Part shown: piece after piece, positions 62,201 through 64,000 of the stretch | Layout of the letters: the number at the start of each line of letters is the position of its first letter | How positions within the stretch are numbered: position 1 is the stretch's first letter | Source of the DNA: a virus | DNA: 64,000 bases | Direction: 5' to 3' (one strand) | Virus record (IMG/VR): IMGVR_UViG_3300045988_107526 | Span: 10,119-74,118 of that record | The notes under the pieces: generated by a model | The model's input: the letters and a program-made list of their open reading frames with translations, nothing else | Database searches by the model: none | Told to the model about the DNA's origin: nothing | Translations under genes and position numbers: made by a program

Positions 62201-63999
62201 AGATTTACGATGCACTCATTCAGAATGGATTGACCGAAGAAGAGTTGACCCCACTTGCCCAATATATTAATGCGAACGCTAGAGTGCAGGGTATGCAGCA
62301 GGCTACAGCTGATGCTATAGAGGAAAACGTGAAGAGTTTTATTTCTGATTGGAGCTATCACGGAACATTGAACGGTCAGGCGATGAATGGCGATCAGGCT
62401 TTGTATGTGCAGGACAGCAACGGAAGAACACTTCTTGTTGGTTCGGGTTATGTTGCCTTCTACCAGAATACAGGTAGAGCCAAGGAAGGAAGCGGTGATA
62501 TGCTTGTCTGTCTGGACCTTAATACAAAGGAAATGGTTTATGTGAAGGCAGATGATGTTACTATGGTTCAAAATCAACCTATAGACCAGTTTGCTGCAGA
62601 ATATCGTCAGAGATTGCAGATGAAGAACTCTGAGCCTTACAATCAGGCGGATCAGGAACAAGCTATGTTGGATGCTGCAAAGCCTCAGCCAAAGGATCAG
62701 GATGCACCACAAGATAATACCACAAAATCGGAAGATAATACCACAAATAGAGGTGATTTAACAAAAGATAATACCACTTTAACAAAAGTTGATACCACAT
62801 CGGGCAAAGATAATACCACAAATGAGAACTTAGCACCACAAGAGAAGCCTCAGCCTACCCGAAAGTTTTCCGATGGCACAGATGTTCCTATGACTACGGA
62901 CAGTAAGGGAAGACCTACACCTGACTATGCTAGCATGACTCCAGAGCAGAGTGCAGAGATTCTTACCGATGACTTCGGTGAGAATGCCGAGAAGGTGGTG
63001 GACGGACAGATTCAGAAAGCGGAGAAGGCTTTGAAGGATGCCGAGAAGATGAAGGTGGACTATACAGCCGAGCCTAACGACATCATGGAGCAGGAGGCTT
63101 TGAAGAATAAGACCGTTGAAGCTGCCAAGCAGCAGTTGGACCACGCTCAGAATATCAAGAAGGCTATGACTGCCAAGAAGGTTGCTGAGACTGTGGGTAA
63201 GACTGAACAGACTGAGGGAGCACATGAAGCTGGCAGCGTGGCTGCACAGAAGTTTGTGAATGCACCTAGACTTGTAGGCAACAAGCGCACAAGAATGCTG
63301 CCTGACGGAGAGACCAAGATTAAGGGACACTATGAGATCGTGCCGGCTGAAAGTCTTACTCCTTCTCATGATGTGGATAACGACTATAAGAAATCTGATG
63401 GATTCCCTACCGATGCTGAGGGCAGAACCGTGAATGACCGTGACTATGAGCACGACAAGGCGGCTCAGCAGAATACGGACCAGATTGCCCGAAAGTATAA
63501 CGGTATGGCTATCGAGCAGGTGCCAGTGGTATCTGACGAGGGCATCGTGTATGATGGCAATGGTAGAACGATGGCAGGACAGAAGGCTGCAAAGGAAGGC
63601 ACAGATGGCGAATATATCAATGACCTTCTGGAGAATGCCGAGAACTTCGGCTTTACCAGAGAGCAGATTGAGCAGAGCGGTATTGAGCATCCTCGTCTTG
63701 TTATGGTGACGGATGAGAGATTGCCATACGATGCAGCTACATTCGCCAAGTTCAACCGAAACGAGAAGAAGACTCAGAGCAATACCGAACAGGCGGTTGC
63801 CAAGGCTAAGACCTTGACTTCTGACGAAGTAGGAGCGATTGTTGCAGAGATTGAGGGAAATGGTTCTCTTGAAGCATTCTTTAACAATTCCAAGGCAATA
63901 AATGACTTGGTGAAGACGTTAGTAGATAAAGGCATCATCGGTCAGAACGAGGTAGCACAGATGATGGATAGTCCTGAGCGACTTTCTGCACAAGGCAGG
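59245..63999 (+). CDS. N-terminal 1585 codons of a giant polyvalent-type protein with ParB-like domain (3' end outside window)
   Basis: Hand translation from the ATG at 59245 was checked over roughly 59245-60540 and 63241-63999. The stretch in between is inferred open because no plus-strand ORF in the track is terminated there. Gly/Ala-rich hydrophobic segments are present. Positions 63328-63590 encode GHYEIVPAESLTPSHD...DRDYEHD...VVSDEGIVYDGNGRTMAGQ. Confidence 0.7.
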   Translation, partial: MAGDKFDQLYNALKADGAVSGTREHFRQFVYAPGKQGYHNRKQLYDALHADGAVSSNSYEEFAQRLGLHAVNPKTQQQKPVQPVKKLTMKQRAQEVAAQYRKPRQQNAQQPRTATVSGTDYMQNWKLAHMRNDQMNPMQQAQASNMRARMQGAQEQSARQEQQRATPISRSRITPTAKNFNETMQQLSTPEARQARAKQQREDDARAFAQYEVEGNKFVRNDGQSEGILGNDLLELVDSSMNEAQELTRQQYQQNLDKMGGIYAPQSVKEQAFRDAQTQEQVNRQNVLMNNLSSKINEIYSQKGMQRHIAESADKLNMSVEEYVDKYVTPEIMNYAQKALTMRNQEEIMPHGALDYIAKNLSNSIIGMVVASSVMSRDTRQRLQEGIAIADGDAEIQKVAGHKDETYRSGIGTRFASTAVNMAADSGPLAVIGAGASAAVNTGTRVLTNGLVKAGVMKAAQKLTAQQMAFKVANMTTAQKIMSGLGTRTATSSLNLAGYSGVTAALSQASTGDDTSLQAIAEAGLKGAEHGAVTGAMFGVSGAVMSPWVSKFGITGMEKSTGDRLLHGAQKFGATAAGLGVEAGTMMVADNVTGDKDISFGTWLEDVVMVGAFKAGEPSNFVKMGNILHHLTHNSGGNFVIGKNANGSTIAVDIRLTPDEKNELISSASGKNLMDAFTKVDRASKTAPRDPKYKTAYTDFMNDPDVSQSTKEKVNAAMGLFNTTRGKSYRSVNDVKNKKILEYTKNGTLLTRTSYKNADERRAILYKQKLYRDNDDMMSLIGYSKMKDMQLTDEDGNVTSLALGFLRKNGYDTSKDVKDPINAKLINDLRNPKSALYLDWEKYVDVYGSYGDLRSESIGITNNFMASIKELLGKEGSILIDIDKIMRKDPMKRTDQENKIFYYVKSELENRLFPSGKPHADQSASQGKTVAEEHSLGTDNPDSGVVIDELRNLRNAEQAVDAAMDSNDVFKQTFEKLHQQGLTPAQIYDALIQNGLTEEELTPLAQYINANARVQGMQQATADAIEENVKSFISDWSYHGTLNGQAMNGDQALYVQDSNGRTLLVGSGYVAFYQNTGRAKEGSGDMLVCLDLNTKEMVYVKADDVTMVQNQPIDQFAAEYRQRLQMKNSEPYNQADQEQAMLDAAKPQPKDQDAPQDNTTKSEDNTTNRGDLTKDNTTLTKVDTTSGKDNTTNENLAPQEKPQPTRKFSDGTDVPMTTDSKGRPTPDYASMTPEQSAEILTDDFGENAEKVVDGQIQKAEKALKDAEKMKVDYTAEPNDIMEQEALKNKTVEAAKQQLDHAQNIKKAMTAKKVAETVGKTEQTEGAHEAGSVAAQKFVNAPRLVGNKRTRMLPDGETKIKGHYEIVPAESLTPSHDVDNDYKKSDGFPTDAEGRTVNDRDYEHDKAAQQNTDQIARKYNGMAIEQVPVVSDEGIVYDGNGRTMAGQKAAKEGTDGEYINDLLENAENFGFTREQIEQSGIEHPRLVMVTDERLPYDAATFAKFNRNEKKTQSNTEQAVAKAKTLTSDEVGAIVAEIEGNGSLEAFFNNSKAINDLVKTLVDKGIIGQNEVAQMMDSPERLSAQGR
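62711..62823 (+). repeat. In-frame dispersed repeats AAGATAATACCAC (DNTT) x4 plus one variant
   Basis: Encodes QDNTTKSEDNTTNRGDLTKDNTTLTKVDTTSGKDNTTNEN. Confidence 0.8.
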
Positions 64000-64000
64000 G

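Larger units (their letters stand above)
1..64000. mobile_element. Temperate tailed-phage genome segment (prophage-capable: integrase plus repressors); no host genes in window
   Basis: Portal, TerL, HK97-like capsid, fibre, holin/amidase, RecT, integrase and XRE repressors are all present. Bacteroides-type TAnnTTTG promoter boxes sit at operon heads. Giant ORFs are truncated at both window edges. Confidence 0.85.

Noticed and set aside
1-64000. Alternative genetic code (TAG or TGA reassignment) as seen in some gut phages
   Set aside because: All long structural and enzyme genes are intact under the standard code. The ORF-free regions contain all three stop codons in every frame.

Overview
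The whole 64-kb window reads as one temperate tailed-phage genome segment with no host flanks. A Bacteroidales-type host is inferred because most operon heads carry the Bacteroides-type -7 box TAnnTTTG, often with TTTG about 20 nt upstream. Modules in order: (1) the 3' end of a giant virion-type protein (2-3001). (2) An AT-rich opposite-strand moron (3040-4416). (3) Small late genes (4665-7705). (4) A leftward structural operon (15859 down to 7742) with scaffold-like, HK97-like capsid and connector-like genes and a 1001-aa fibre ending in a metallophosphoesterase. (5) A rightward operon (16017-25284) with portal, TerS-like, TerL and a 915-aa protein. (6) A self-contained two-gene moron encoding a rhomboid protease (25403-26276). 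(7) A lysis cassette (27430-28757) with holin, amidase and a unimolecular-spanin-like lipoprotein. (8) Leftward early operon 1 (40628 down to 29184) with a Cro-like HTH, a 750-bp ORF-free structured stretch, NinG, dUTPase, an SbcC/Rad50-like ATPase, RecT, a split MBL hydrolase and a minimal methyltransferase. (9) A CI-like repressor and a tyrosine integrase (40784-42325). (10) A rightward accessory cluster (42915-46954) with an HTH protein, ASCH and HNH. (11) Leftward early operon 2 with about 25 tiny genes (53337 down to 46994). (12) A second XRE unit (53842-54344). (13) An 840-bp ORF-free repeat-rich region (54345-55188). (14) Late genes ending in the first 1585 codons of a giant polyvalent-type protein with a ParB-like domain that runs off the window. 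The most notable signals outside ordinary gene calls are listed here. A 15-nt box TTGGAACACGGCAAA sits exactly 33 nt upstream of a -7 box at four late operon heads. The cro/cI-like switch has face-to-face promoters inside a palindrome. A hairpin-dense 750-bp leader contains a 75-nt tRNA-like cloverleaf. A GNRA-loop hairpin is repeated twice in the early operon. GC-rich nested-hairpin repeats occur at two sites. Helically phased TTGGTCT iterons and phased A-tracts sit upstream of the late genes. No CRISPR array, canonical tRNA, rRNA, reverse transcriptase or sign of stop-codon recoding was seen. All family calls come from motifs read by eye and nothing was searched against a database.
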